From NCBI GenBank assembly GCA_037379345.1, contig CM074513.1, positions 35,956,885 through 36,020,884 of the forward strand: a stretch of 64,000 nt of DNA, given 5' to 3'. The notes beneath the pieces are model-generated. The model was not told the origin of the DNA. It made no database searches and saw only the letters and a list, made by a program, of their open reading frames with translations. This DNA comes from Perna viridis. Lineage: Eukaryota. Both the position numbers and the translations under genes were made by a program. Shown piece by piece: positions 35,576 to 50,600 of the stretch (within the stretch, counting starts at the first letter, position 1; every line of letters begins with the position of its first letter).

Positions 35576-38488
35576 CATTCATTACCTGGAATTGTTTAAG
35601 GATATCTCCACGCTTGTGATATCATGCTACCCTTTATGCTCACCGCTAGAAACAAAGTAATTTTGGATAATTAAAATTTCTAACATTTTTAATGAATCAA
35701 TGAATTCAATTTTAATTTCACACATTTTCCTCTTGGTTCGCAACAAATAGTTGGCTCAGAGCAGTTCATGTTTGATCACTTTAATTGGTCAACACACTTC
35801 TAACTGTCATCCTTCCGATTCTGATTTACCAATATTTATAGAATGGACTACCAGTCAATCTGTAAAACAAACACACTAAAATCGAGAGCAAGTAAACCTG
35901 AATGGGGAAACATTCGTAGATTGAACAACAAACCCTGTAGCATCAAAGGGACTTCAGCCGAGGTAAAAAGGGTTGAAAAGGAATTGACATAATGCAGAGC
36001 TACTAAGCCGTTTGTACAAATAAAATTTTCAGTGCCCAAACCATAAATTAGAAGCACGACCCTTTCAACGCCTTCCTTTGTTACAATTACGCGAGATTTC
36101 TCTTCAAATAGACTATATTGGTTTTCCATTTACTTGTGTTTGAAGACGAGAAATGAATATAAACATAGAGATGGTACATGATATAATTAGATCCGGATTT
36201 CTTTTCATACAATCACGAAATTGTCCAGTGCAACGACAGGAACTATAGAAAAGTTCATTCGGGGAGTAGAACCGATTTAAATTGATGAAATACTTCAATA
36301 AAATTCACAGCTGGAATAAGCAAAAACCTTGTACATTTTCTCAACGACACCCTTTCTTTAAACGAAAGGAAATTACTTGTCATACAAGATTTTATAATCC
36401 GAGTAAAAGAAACTCACCAAAGGATAATTAAACACAGACTATTTCACTCTTAGTAGAGAGTTACGTTGGAACAAAGATGAGAATTTGGTTCAACAAACAG
36501 AGAATAACAGAATTTTCTCAGACGGCATAGAGGTTTTTTTTTTTATAAAACTTCGACTTTCATTCCTGACTATTTCATTCCTGACTATTTACAAATAAAA
36601 TCAATAAAATAACACATTTAATATGCACTATATTTTCACTTAGTCCATATTCGGCTACTGTTTCATACAGCCACTGCTTTCTGCTAATAAAGAAAAAAAC
36701 TAAGTTCACAGATCTGCCAACCTTATCACAACATGAATGAACAATTATTTGTTCAGGAAATAAAAGGATTTTGCAGTTGATAAACTAAAAAAAAATATTT
36801 TTATTTCATATAAATGGTAGATTTCATTGTTCAACAACACCAACTACTAGCCGACAATAGATTATATGTATACTCTTGCTAGACATACACATTGGAAGAC
36901 AAAGTAAAATAGCTATGGAAAAGTTAGATATCTTACCTTTCGGGAACCACAGAAAATTTTAACAGAAAAATAAATGAATGAAGATGGCAAAATCGTGTAA
37001 AAACAGTACTTGATACCAGAGGTTGAAGGTAAAACTTTAAAAGACAAATGGTCATGGCTCTAAGCAAAGAAATGGTTTAAAGGTGAGGCGAGTTTTCTGG
37101 TTTTAAGAACATGGTTTAATCTACAAGTTTAGCCTAATCCAGCGATAACTTGTTGTACTGAGATCACTCGAATTACACACGTCTCCCTGATCTGTACCAT
37201 AGAGGGTCTTATATTAGTTCGTAACTATAGAAATAAGCCGTATCTTCGTAACGTCTCGTGTGGGGGCAATTGTGGAAAACCGTCAATAACAATAGATTCA
37301 TAGCATACCACATGTACACCTGATGGAGTGAGGAGAAACAGTTGCAATGGTTACGTAATAATTCCCCATAAGAACCTCAATAATGAACACGTCTCTAAAC
37401 ATACGAAAAAATCAATTTTGACGCGTTAGGCTTTAGTTTTACACCCTTGTTAACCATCCAGACTCAACTTAGTAAACAAAACTTATACTTTGTACGGCGA
37501 CTAACTAATCTAAACTGTCATTCGCTATTTGATAAATTGGATTATATTTACAAAAATATGTAAAATTAAGCTGTTAAACCTGTATTATGCGTTATATTCT
37601 TTCATTAAAGATATCCGTTTATGTGACAACTGAGGAATTCTGAAGAGTAATTCATCCTGATAGATCTACCCTATAGCCTATTTGTGGTTGTGTCAGATTG
37701 ATTCTCAATTGTCTCAGATAAAAGTTCATGTCAACCTTTTCTTGGTTGTTTAGTTACTTGGTACAGTCATCTTTTAATTTCTGTTTCCGTCTACGTTGAA
37801 TGTATTTGATTCGTTTGTTTCTTTAAATTGTCACATAATTCTCGTTATGTTATCAGATATGGTGTCGTGAAAGTAATAATGTTTGAAATTGTTACACTGT
37901 ACTGGTATAATCCTACTCGTTGGTATACCTTTTTTATATAACTTCCTTGTGTTTTGTCCGTAGTTAAAGAATGTTTCTCCTGATATGTTGTGGTGCTCCC
38001 ATGTGCTAACACTTTCTTCGATCAGTGCCATTTTGTGTCTGGCGTTGTTTGTAATGTTGTTTATTACAATTCAATGCTGGTTTACACTGTATAGGTCAAT
38101 AAATTCCTGATTTTTATTCTTCTTTCTGTGTTGCCAATGAATATCTTCTGTTTAAGCCTAAGAATGAAAACAATTGCTTCATAGGATTCATGTCAGAATT
38201 TAGACAACAAAGTTTTTCACAAGTGCTTTTTTACTCCTTAGACTTCTTAAAACCCTGAAACCAAGGTAATTTCACAGACAACAATATTTTATAATCGGGG
38301 TTTTCTGAAATGATTGTGTTAATTTATATACATAACGAGAACCCTTCTGTGAAAAAAAAAATCATTAGTACCAATGCATGTATACATGTGACATGATACC
38401 TCACAAAACCCTATATTTCTTAATCAAACATATACATTTTGTATCTCGGAATCAATCAAATCATGGTCTATTACTGTTTAGGAATTCC

Positions 38489-39052
38489 AATGACTTTTCA
38501 TTCACTTTCCTTTCATCGGTGGCAATATCCCTTCAGCACCTGCGTATGGAGTGTTCATATCACAATTCATACGTTATGCCAGAGCTTGCCGAGACTACGC
38601 AGACTTTTTGTATTGCGCTAGAATTCTAACAAAAAGGCTTCTGAAGCAGGGTTATGTTGCTACAAGATCGAGGTCATCACTACAGAAGTTTTATGGCCGT
38701 CATCATGAACTCGTGGATCGTTACGGTGTATCCATCTGCGCCATGAAAACTGATTTGTTCAACGTGTCATAGTTTTCCTTTCCTCTTTCGTCTACCCCGG
38801 ACTTCACTTTTTATGAGCAACTCGGCGGGTGTTTCTAGAAAAGCAGAGGACGCTTACCCTACCGGTGCACCTGGTCCATACTCCCAGTTTTTAGTGGAAT
38901 CCGAGTTTCTCATTTGCTTTTGTTATTTTGTATATATGATTTTGGTTACTCTATGTTCTTTGTTGTGTATGTTTGTTTTCCATCTCCGGTCTTTGTCCCT
39001 GGATTACATTCTTTTGATTACCGCTATAACCTTGGTTCCCTTGATTACTCTT
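38489..39052 (+). mobile_element. PLE family 1 3' fragment (RT thumb and UTR)
   Basis: GNIPSAPAYGVFISQFIRYARACRDYADFL..QGYVATRSRSSLQKFYGRHHELVDRYG, stop at 38772, structure at 38813-38913. Confidence 0.92.
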
Positions 39053-42000
39053 CCAAGCAAGTTTAATGGGTCTACGTCTACTCGGACTTTGATGAAGTTT
39101 TGATTGCCTAGAAATGACAGCAGTGCATGCATTTTGAATTCAGTAAACTCATTCAATGCAGTGTTTCTTAGTTTATTCGGGCTACAATTTCAGCAATCTG
39201 GTATAATTGGCGCCGGTCTTTCATTCAGGTTTCGTCCTATTAAAAGAGACCCAGTTCAGCAGCAAATGTGCAACTGAAAGCATTCTTTAGACCGATGCCA
39301 ATTACGAAATAAGCAATTGCTCCATATTTAGGTAAATCTACATTATTTGAACAGTAAATATCTCTGCAAGCATAAAAACTATCTGTGTGTTTATTAACTG
39401 TGACAATTTAATACATAGGTCACTGGGCATGGTTGACTGCGAACATTTGTCTTCAGGTAACACACCAGGTGCTTAATTAGTTTAAGTTCCTTTGAAGAAG
39501 GTATTTGTACAAATATGTTATGGTATTATAATTGTCGAATAAAGCGGTGTTGCGCTGGATTATCACGAAATCTGAGAGATGATCCCGACTTAATAAGATT
39601 CACGACAGTGGCCACTGCAGCGTATATATACACCGTTGAGCTAAAAAATTTCGTTGAAACTAAAGTATGGATGCTTCCAGTACGATCATCTTTGGGCGCG
39701 TATTGTCATGACCGTCTGAATTTAGTGTCTCTTGCCAGATTGTTTGTAACTATGTATAAACTAATTTTCTACGAAAAATAACTGTTTTTTCCGTTCGCCA
39801 TTTCTCTCTTTTTTTTAACATTAATTACTTTGCAATAACACACAATATCGTGCACCTGTGTGTGACACGCTAAAGAAATAGACTTGAACAGCTGAACAGA
39901 ATTAATGTGATGGATCAATTTCGTATATTTCTTCCAAAAAAAACCCAAAAAAACACATGACTGTCAGAGTCTTGGCTTTGGGATAACAAGTATGAAAGCC
40001 GAAAGATCACACATTTCAAAGGCAAAACCATATGTCTTCACTCGTATAATATAAAACAATATGAAACCATAAAGCCTGATTAGTTCTTGGTGATTCTGAA
40101 ATGTATACTGTTATGAAATACATGACAGATGTTCAAGTTAAGCAAATATGCGTCGGTAAAGACTCAGGAAACGTATGTAAACGGTTTAGTACTTCACGAA
40201 TCGCTGGAAGAACCATAAAACTTTCTGATGAGTTACTTGATAATATAAGCGTCATGATAGATTGGAAGGAACTATAACTTTGATCAAGTTTGGCAGATGC
40301 GTGTTCTATATTGAAACATTTAATTTGAAAGAGACCATTTAATTGTTGTGATTTCTGATATAATGTCGTTAATCAACGAATCGTACGCTTTGATATAGCT
40401 AAGTTCTCAGTGCCAACCTTGTACATAATTATTTCATAGTCTTTCAACCCCCCAAAACTTTTAACTTGCCTATTAATTGCATTTTCATTTTACCATCGGT
40501 TCGATCAGGTGTGAATCGGTTTCCAGACATGCCAAAACTCTCTGGTTTTGCCATGACAGTCGAGTCATCTAGTGCCTCTTGTATGTTACGTTAACTAGAC
40601 TACGATGTAGAGTTTGGATTCGTACCAGGTTTCGTCTTTAAAAAGGGATACTCCATGCATGTACACGTACCGTACAGATAATTCTTTACAGAATACTGCA
40701 ACTTCATCTTGAAAGATATTTATAAGAACATTAGTCAGTTTGTCCTATAGAGAACATTCATGAGCGCAATGCTTCTTCGCGACAGGTTACTGTCACCGCC
40801 TGCATTTTTGCAAAAACATCTTGCCATCTAAATATATAAAGCATAATATTTTTTTTATATTTAGGTATTTCAACTTTCTTCTCAGCCATTTTAGTAGTTT
40901 ATAGCAGAGATAGCTGTCAGTTAATTTCAAAATTAATCAGTTTAATAGATTGTATCAATATTAAAAACTTAATAGTGCTCCTAAGATGCATTTTTAATGC
41001 TTTTTATTTTCGGATGCCTCCTTATCTGACACATCGACACTTCACCCTTTTCTTGACAAAAACATTATATAACTCATGTACAACGTCGATATTGTTTACA
41101 TGTACAATGTTACATTTGAGAACAAGTCAAATTGTTTTCTTTTCTTGCCCTATTGTAAAGTAAATAATTTTAAAATATTGACAAATACTTCAAAATATAT
41201 ATATTTATTTTTGGTCGTTCCCTCCGTGGGACTCGTACTGCTGTGACATCTATGGCAACACCTTTAATTTATAAAAATTTTTGAATTATTATTTTGGTTA
41301 AGTTTTAAGTCTTAAACAATGTCTAGATGCACCGATTAAGAAATAACATTGTAAGCTTCTATAGTATAGATCTGCAGTACAAGATGACAGACGAATGACG
41401 GATGGCCCAGACAAAACTAGGTGTAAATCATATGTTTATCATTAACCATGCAGTGATTGATCGGTGAAAGTAACTTGTTCCGCATTAAAAGTACATGCAC
41501 CCAGCCTGGAATTATTTCCAGAAAACCATTGGCATTGAATTTGGTCTACAGTTCTTTTATATTTACCCCTTCTCCGTGAAAATGGACAAAAAAACGGAAT
41601 GTAACATGTACCATAAGCGGCAGCATACACATTGGCATGATTCGAAATTAGTGTATCCGAAAACGTAAAAAAAAACAGTGACACTTTTTTTCTACAACTA
41701 GGCGCTTAATTCTAAGAGTCAGGTATGCTTATTATTCTTTTTGTTTTTTGTTTTTTGGTATTGTGATATGCTTCGATCACTATAAACTACACTTGTTATG
41801 TGCCTTACCAGAGTGCTACGTTTACACTGGTTCTATTGTTAGGAAGTTGTGCTTACAATTAAGGGTATAGTCAACTCAAATATCCTAAACACAACCTATA
41901 AATAAAGTATTTGATAAAAATCGCCGCATTGATTTTTAATGATAAGTTGTATTTTTGTTAGAAACTGGCTAATGTTTAATATCATGGCGTGGTTCACATT

Positions 42001-45000
42001 GCAGAGAACAATGGCTCAACTTTAAAATGCACCCTGTCCACTGGTTCGTGTGCTATTCTATCTAGCCTGTGTTTATTCGTGCTGAAAACTATAAGCTTTT
42101 ATGTTTCAACTTCGTGGGTCGTTGGTTTACGACCCAAGAACCTAAAAGTCATCCATGTAAATGGCTATTGTCAAACCCAAGATGTGAATATGTTCTTAAA
42201 AGCCCATAGAACGGTATTGTTCGAAACCATGCTCAATGTTAACATTTTAAAGTATGTTTTGGCACACAAGGTAAAGACCAACTAAAGGGTGTCAAGCTTG
42301 AGAACATCGTGAAATGTTATATTTTAATTGTTTTTACATACACTTTAATTTAAATGGAACAGTTTTAAAATGTACAATAGTCCTATGTGCAAATAATGCA
42401 TTATATAAGGAACATGAGAAGGTTGCACTATGTTGCGAAAATGATTATTTTAGATTCTGTGGGTCTTGTTTACAAATAAATGGTATTTCGGCAAACAGTG
42501 TTAGGTGTATAGAAAGCTGTATGTCGTGAAACTTTATAATGTTAAAAACCTTTTAAAATTCTATTTTGAATCATATAATTGTCGAATTGAATATCGAATT
42601 CACATAGTAAATATATCAGGGCAGTCAGATGTTGTTTAAAGCGCCATAATGTCGACAGAAAGGATAGAACTTAGGAGCAAGTAGGAGAAAAACAAATATG
42701 ATCCGTCATATGAAATAACTGTTTTAAAAGCCCTGCCAGTTACACTCGGTCGGGGAGCCACGCATGCAGCGTCGCTATTATGCATGTCCAACTTGTGAAG
42801 TGTCACACCTTACGAACTCCACGTTCCGGAATTTGGCACACCAAGTTAAAAAGCTATGATTTATATAGAAAAAATACCGTTCGGACAGTTAAAACATACT
42901 GCACCAAGTTGAAGCGTCTCTGAAGTTTACCATGTCTTAATACCATCTGTTCGATAAAAAAGTCACAACAAATACATGCTGTCTATATATACAGTTCAGT
43001 TGTATTTTTCCAATTTACCAAAACCATTACACATTATAGACGTGCAGGAGTGTATTCTTATGAACTGCTTTTAGAAATCAATGATCTATGACTATCGTGT
43101 CTTTTGAAAAAAAATGTTGGAGAGTAAACTTGCATCAAAGCTAAGTACATATGTATACCTTTGTACGACTTGATGGTTGTCTGTGGAACAAAGGATAGCA
43201 TATATTCGAAATTACCCATTTCTAACACAAGCATAGTGGTTCGGCGAAACAGTAACAAAGTACATTATATTTCAATCATTTATTTCAATAATAATTCTAG
43301 TGGATTATCAGAACCGTTCACACAAATCTCTGCCAGTTAAAGCCATAAAATAAATGCTATCATACAATACTGACGAGTTGAGGTAGATACGGTACTGACT
43401 GCTGAGGGTTTCACTCCTACACGTTTTTACTATCCTTGTCATGACCCCCCTGATGACGGAAATAACAAGGAATTCAAATACGTTGGATGCAACAGTTATA
43501 CTGCACCAAAAACAATGAATATAATTGTTAGCCTTGACTTGGATAGTTATTACTCAATAACAAGAAAGTGCAGCAAGTAATCTGCGAAGATGAACTGCAT
43601 CATCTGTGTATAAGGGTATAGTGTATTCAACGTGAAACACTACATCCCATTCTTTCTTTAACTGCCAGCTTTTGTTTTTAAATAAACAATTATCCATCAA
43701 AATCTTCCAACATGACAATCTTCTGTCAAAGATAATACACAATTTAAATTTCTTTCAGTATGGATCAAGTTGGTTTTAAATTTATGTTACTGGAGGCCTC
43801 AAATCTCAAGCTTTAGTTGATATCTAACATTCAATATGATAACAGACCTGACCTTTCTCCACGTTTTGTTTATTGCCAAGATTTTATGTGGGGATCCTTT
43901 TGGGAACACGTCTACACGCATGGCTTACCATGTTCTGTATGCCTAATTGGTACACATTTTTAATTCCATTCATACAAAACTAAAATAAAATCGCATGTTT
44001 TTGTCAAATACTTGCATGCCTTTAAAAAGTTGTGAAAAACACAATGTGAAACTTTGCCAAATCAAACAAAAATATCTTTAAATACAACAAAATAATGCCA
44101 TATTTAAATTTACACTGCTTGTTTTTGTCATAAATCTCAGTAGAGACTCACATGCATAACTTTTAACACTTGATTGTTTGAAATGGATTTTAAGTTTTCT
44201 CTTGATGAAAAATAGTTTATGATATATCAAAAGAATTTCTCTTCCTACCATGTGCTGCATTAAACATAAAATTTTCAAAGCAAGAAAAAAAACTTTTGAA
44301 AATGATAAAAAGTTAACTGAGTGCCTATGAAAGTGATAACATAAGAAATTGTATTGCATGTTCTTTGTGAGAAGAATTCCCAGATGTTTTTATGTTATCC
44401 CATTAAACCCAGAAAGGAATATGGCTTCTTTATGATTCATGGTTCGCTTAGGACTCACTCAACCTCACCTTATTGTAGTCAACTGACAAACAAAAAACTT
44501 GAACTACCAAAATATTCTCTTCTTTCATTTCAAGTTCCATCTCATTAAATTTTACAGTCAATATTATTTAAAATGTAAATTACTTTTAGTATTTTTACAT
44601 ATTTTTGTTACCCTTTAAAGCAATTTGATAAAATATTTCAAAGCATAAAAACAAACTATCGCCTGCCATGAAATGGAAGGCTATGAGTTGCTCTTTAAAA
44701 GTCATTATAATCTGTGAAACATTATATTTGAGCTTCCAACCTAACCATAACTGAAAGAAAAAATACTTTCTAACATTATTTATGACATATTTCATTTTAA
44801 GCAGAAGCACATGCATAATCATTTAATGGCCATACTGTTGTATATGAAAAATTGATTTATAGTTATAATGTTGTGTGTGTGTATATATTAACACGAAAAG
44901 GGGGTAATATTTCAAGCCAAGTATTTGAGGTTCTAATTGGGGTGAAATTGCCCCACACAAAAAACGTTGTAGTATCAAAATATCTAAAACTCAATAAAAT

Positions 45001-47647
45001 TTCAATGTTCTGATAACAAATCATGATAAATTTGACAATTGTATTTAAGAGAAGCTACAGTTTGACAAGTGCAATATTTTTCCTGGGGACTGTAACAATG
45101 CACCCATACTTAAGGCCAGCAGCAATGTATAGATTATTGTTTACACAGTATAACTGGGTTTTATATTGAATATTAAACAGGGTAGAGTCAATATTTGCCA
45201 AATCACATCAACATGGCCATAAACATAATACTCTAACAAGGTGTATGTCAACAAAGTACTCATTCCAATTGGCATGTCCAATTACAATTCCATGCCAATC
45301 TTTATCATACAAAAGTTAGTTCAACTAATTCAATTATAATCATGAGAAAGACTTTGATTTCTCCCATTGTGAGCCCCATCTATGAATGCCTGTATGCAGG
45401 TGTGCACATAAGAAAGATTATAGTGAGATAAGACCAGAAACACATTCTGAGAGGCCCAATAACTTATCTTTCAGAATTAAATGTAAACCTACTTAACTGT
45501 TTTACCAAGACAAAACAGCCTTTCCTTCATGATAAAGATTTTGGAAAAGATTTTAAGTAAAATCAAGGTGCTGAGACACACATCTGTACAAAGCATCTAT
45601 TCTTTGTTTACAACACCTGTAACAAAATTGACAATTTACTCATTATGTATGGAATCATTTAACAACACATTCAGATAAATATTTTCAAAAACAAATTAAC
45701 TTTAATCTCCTCTTCACAACAATGAATATAGAGATTAAGTTTTTATTTTTTATCAGTGACCTAACTTAATTTTAACAAAATTGTACTTAGAGGACTTTTA
45801 ACACATTCAAAACCTCCACTTTCAACCTAACATAAGATGAATAGAGGATTAAGGAGTAAGCAGGGCCTATCTATTCAACTAACTTTCAGATTTCAAATTA
45901 AACATTCAAGAAAGACGCTTTGAACTTTTAAAAGCGGTCAACTTAAGAAAAGGTGAATTCAAAGGCAATACTTGAGAAAAATTTAATTAAGAAATAAGTG
46001 AAACTAACACATTTTTGAAGGCTATGTCAACAATAAGCCTGTCCACTTGGTCAATGTAACCACATTATTTCCAATGGAGTGGACACAGTAATTGTGCCGG
46101 GAAACACTGGAAAATTCATACAAAACATGGTATTCACAGGTCATCGTCTCAACCTGACAATAAAGCTGTATTCATTTGAATGAAGGATCAGAATATTTCT
46201 GTGTGTTAATTGTGATAGAAAATCAACCCCTTTCCCCTTGTATTGTATAAACAAGACAAAAGCCTACTTTTCTTACCAACCATATTCATTGCCTTTGAGC
46301 AGCTAACAGTCTGCCATTATGGATTTGAGTTTCAATTTATGATCACTTAGGTCAAGAATTTTAAACTTGAATGACAAAAGATTTGGGAACGGTTCTTTAT
46401 CCAATTTTACACTTGTAATTTTATTACAAGTTAAGTATCAGTCCACATAAAATTCAGACACTGCCAATGGTACAGTGATTCATGATGAAGAAAAACCAAC
46501 CACACAAAAGATGCTTTTTCAGTCTATAAGCGCTATACTTTCACAGAACGATAATCATTTCAGCATTCAGATCTGCACTTTTTAGAAAATCATACATTCT
46601 TCTCCAACTGAAATCAACCAAATGAAATCAAATCAAGAGTGATAACTCTTGCAAAGTGCCAATTTCATGTACAATCTATATAACTCTTATCTCAAAAGCG
46701 CAACAACCAAATGAAAAACTAAGACTGGTCATGTGATCAGTAGCTGTTTCTGAACAAGAAATAAAACTGAGTTTGATGGGTTTTTGACATGCATGAATCA
46801 TCTGTCTGATTTTTAAAAAGACTGATACTTAAATGTTCATTAGGTGTCATTATGTGAAGCAAGGGACCTGAAAAATACACTAGCCTAGGTTTAATGGCTT
46901 TATTTTTGTTTTTGTGTATTTTGCACTTCAATACACCTCTATAAAAATCTCCCCTTCTAAACTGACTTACTAATTTAGCTCACATTAGTATAAATCTTTA
47001 CCTTTAGATGTTTAGAGTAAACATCACACTCTGATTTGCCTAAAAAAGATTCAAAAATGTTGCCCCTCAGTTCACATAACAACAAAGCTCAAACTAAGAT
47101 TTTTAACATCAACATAGGTCTTTCTGCATTCAAATCTCTCAAACAGTAGACATCCATTTACATATGCTCTCACTCTCATATAAAACCTTACCAAGACACC
47201 CTTATATAAACCTACTGACACTTGATTCATCCATTACACAAGCATACATGTAAATTTGCACATTATTTCATGAAAATAACAGCTTGTATATCACTGCAAC
47301 AACCATACATTAATAAGGTTCAAAACAATACAACAAATATCACTTCTCACTTCTATATACATGTACAATTTCTATAATCAGAGGAGAACATTTCATTCAA
47401 CTCTGAATTTGTTTTAGCTCCAGTTATAAAAATTGGAAATTTGAAAATTGCTTTCGAAACATTGAAGACAGATGTATATTACAGCACTGTATACTTAAAC
47501 TAATAAAAGTTAAGTAAATTTTCCCATGAGGTATAGATTGCTAAAAATGAGAGAGAAGCCAATATCACTGTATCATTTCAACCTATGCACCTTAAATATA
47601 TAGATCTCTATACTGTAACAACAAAACAGAATAATTCCCAAAGTTTA

Positions 47648-50600
47648 TCATGATGGTATGGATAATAAAACACATAATAGCACTGAAATAAGTAGTATCC
47701 TTGATGTATACCAAGGGTTAGTCCAAACTGACAATGCACTACTTCTAATTGGTAAATCGGTTCGATTGCCCTGAGTTTTGCTTAGTTCTGGGTTTAATTC
47801 TATTAGGTCCTGCCATGCTTGATAAGCCGCCGCTGTGAAATTCTCATCACCCGTTGTTAAGAGATCAAAAACACAAGAATCGAAGTAAAAATCCATAACA
47901 CTAGCATCACGGCATATTTTAATCGCTCTGTTTAATCCCATTTTTCCTAGATGTCCTTTGTTTTGCACCTCACTGAAAAACTTTGTGTAATCAATTCTCT
48001 CATTATTTGGACATCCTTGAACACACAATTCAAGATTGTCTTTTATTTTACTGGAATTCAAAACTTCTTCTGGCATTTTTATGGCAAATGTAAAATATCG
48101 TCCTATTTGTTGCACTTTGATAGTTGTGTCTATATATCGCAGATAAATTTCCACTTTTTTACCAGGTTCTTTCTCAATAATTTCCACACTTTTTTCGGGA
48201 CCATAGTGTGTCTGTCCTGATGAGAAGGAACCTGGCAGATTGTCTGTTTGAGCTGTATACGTAATAAACTTTTCTGATGCACAGTCTTCATTTTTCTTAA
48301 TGATCACTGTAAGCTGAAAAAGAAATGGAGAGAAAATGAAATATCAACATCACAAAAGCAGCTAAATGTATTACGATGATAAAAAATAGGGATAATTGCT
48401 TTCTATGTACAAATGGCTAAAAGCTAATTTTGTCAAATACCCTAAGGAATAGAAATTCACCAAAACAAACCATAAAATCCCCCTCCACTACTAAGAATTT
48501 CAGTTTCTTTCATTTTTGTCATTTTTTTTACTTATTTAACTTGGAAACTGGATTTAAAGGTTTCAGCAGTGACTAGATTTTTGACTGCCCTTCAAAGAGC
48601 ATGTAGCAAGCATGTCTACATGTAAATGATATATAACCTACATGATACATGTACATATATTTGGGTATGTCAAAAGAGAGAAGAAATTTAGACAAGACAG
48701 TCAACAACTACCTATGTTTTCCTGTTTAGTTATTACAGTCTTTTTGACCTTTAGTCTATTTTTAAGTTCAAACAAACAATGATTTGGGAATTTGTTAAGA
48801 TTTATCTTATCATTTCCACATACCTTGGTAAGGTTTAATACATGTACATGTATTTGTAAACTCCAAAATATTTGTCTTTTATCAGACTGCCAAAAATGAA
48901 AATTGCATCAACATATAGATAAATGACCTGATGGCCATAAAGACTAGCAGGGATACACCTACTCCACGACTCATCTATAAACTTTTTATAAAAAAGTGAG
49001 AACTGCTACTTCTTAAGGATATTCCACTTTTACAGTGATGGATCAAGGGGGCTTGGGGGGCAGGGGGTGGTGGGGGAAGGGAATTGGAGGCCCCTGTTTG
49101 TTGGAAAAATATGTTAATTTCAAGGGAACTTTTGGCAAAGCAAGTAATAGCCTGGAACCCCTCCTTTCCATCTCTAGATCCATTACTGTATTACATGTAC
49201 TTGTACATTACTATCTGTATCAAATATTCCCAGTGCTTTAACTTTTGCCAGCCATTCAATACATTCTTTAACTTAAACACTTTACTTCAGAAATGTACAT
49301 TTAACTAATCATTTTTCTCTGTTTCTAAAGCATATACATACATGCACTTACTTTAGTTTTTCTATGTTTATCAAATATTTGGCAAAGTTTATTAACTGTT
49401 TTAGTAAGTCAAGACCTAAACTAGTTTACAAGACACTGTACATGTGTAGTTCAACTGACTTCAGTGAAATTACAGATTTTCCAAAATTCGGAGATTTCAC
49501 TATCAGTATCTAGGCAAGAAATACATGTAAATGTATGTGCATATTTACTACATACCTCTCTAGAGAGACCATCTAATACCTTTAGAAATAGTACAGTGTA
49601 ATCCCCATTTTCAGGTTAAGAGGTTACTTTCCCCCTTGCCCTACATGTACATGTACTTAACTTGTTTTGACATAACAATGGTTAAGTGAGTATAATCCCC
49701 CTAAATATCTTGAACCATGTCTAATGTATATGCACTGGACAGATGACTGTTGTAAATACTTGTTTAAATCATTTATGGTAATTAATTCTACTCCTTCGGT
49801 GTCAGTGTTGTCATGTACACACCTTTACATTAATACACATGTGTACACACAAAATAAACTACATTGTAAATATTCTACAAGTTTCTCACATTTTATAGAC
49901 AATACTGAAAACTAGTACAAGTAGGGAATTTCAAAATATGAAAGTCTAGATCAGTTATACATCTTTAAACTACATGATACTAAATATATGTTCACTGGTA
50001 CTATACTGTATATACTAAATAAAATATGTTCTATCTTACATGTAGGACCTCTTATAAAATGTTTCAATTTTAGAGTAAGAAATACATGTACAATGTACAT
50101 GCACTGTCAATTTGTTATACTTAAGCATGTATCTGCAGTCTGGTAGAAAAGGGTAGATGGTCAAATTTGTCAACTTGGGAAAATCATATTTACATATGTA
50201 TGTACAGCAAAACTTGTACATATATATGACTTGGTTGTAAAATAAATGCTTTAAATGGTATAATAATGATTTATGTCATGGAAAAAAACACACAACATGG
50301 ATTTCATTTTGAGAACACTCTTCACTGTAGTAACATCATTTTTACCAAGATCAATACCCACAGATAAACTTTTGGTACAGCATATTTTACTGAACACAAA
50401 CCAATACCCCAAAACATTGTCAAAAAAAAAAAAACTTTTATAAAATATTTTAATAACATACATAAAACCTTCATTAAGTAGCTACATTTATATTATATCC
50501 CCTTCTCATAAAGCACATCAGTCTTTCTATGCAATTCATAAACCTTATAATAATTTCCAAAATAAATCTAGCTACAATGAAAGTGCAGTTTTTGTCTTTT

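Noticed and set aside
35300-36420. Possible decayed coding sequence (ORFs 35848-36129 and 36113-36298)
   Set aside because: No recognisable domain or consistent splice structure.
38813-38913. SECIS element in the PLE family 1 UTR (starts AUGA; some bivalve Naiads encode selenoproteins)
   Set aside because: The AUGA is Watson-Crick paired with UCAU rather than forming the GA quartet, the AA spacing is wrong, and the visible 155-codon RT segment has no in-frame UGA.
41208-41245. tRNA gene (B-box-like GTACGAGTCCC..ACCA on the minus strand)
   Set aside because: No A-box or cloverleaf; at most a SINE scrap.
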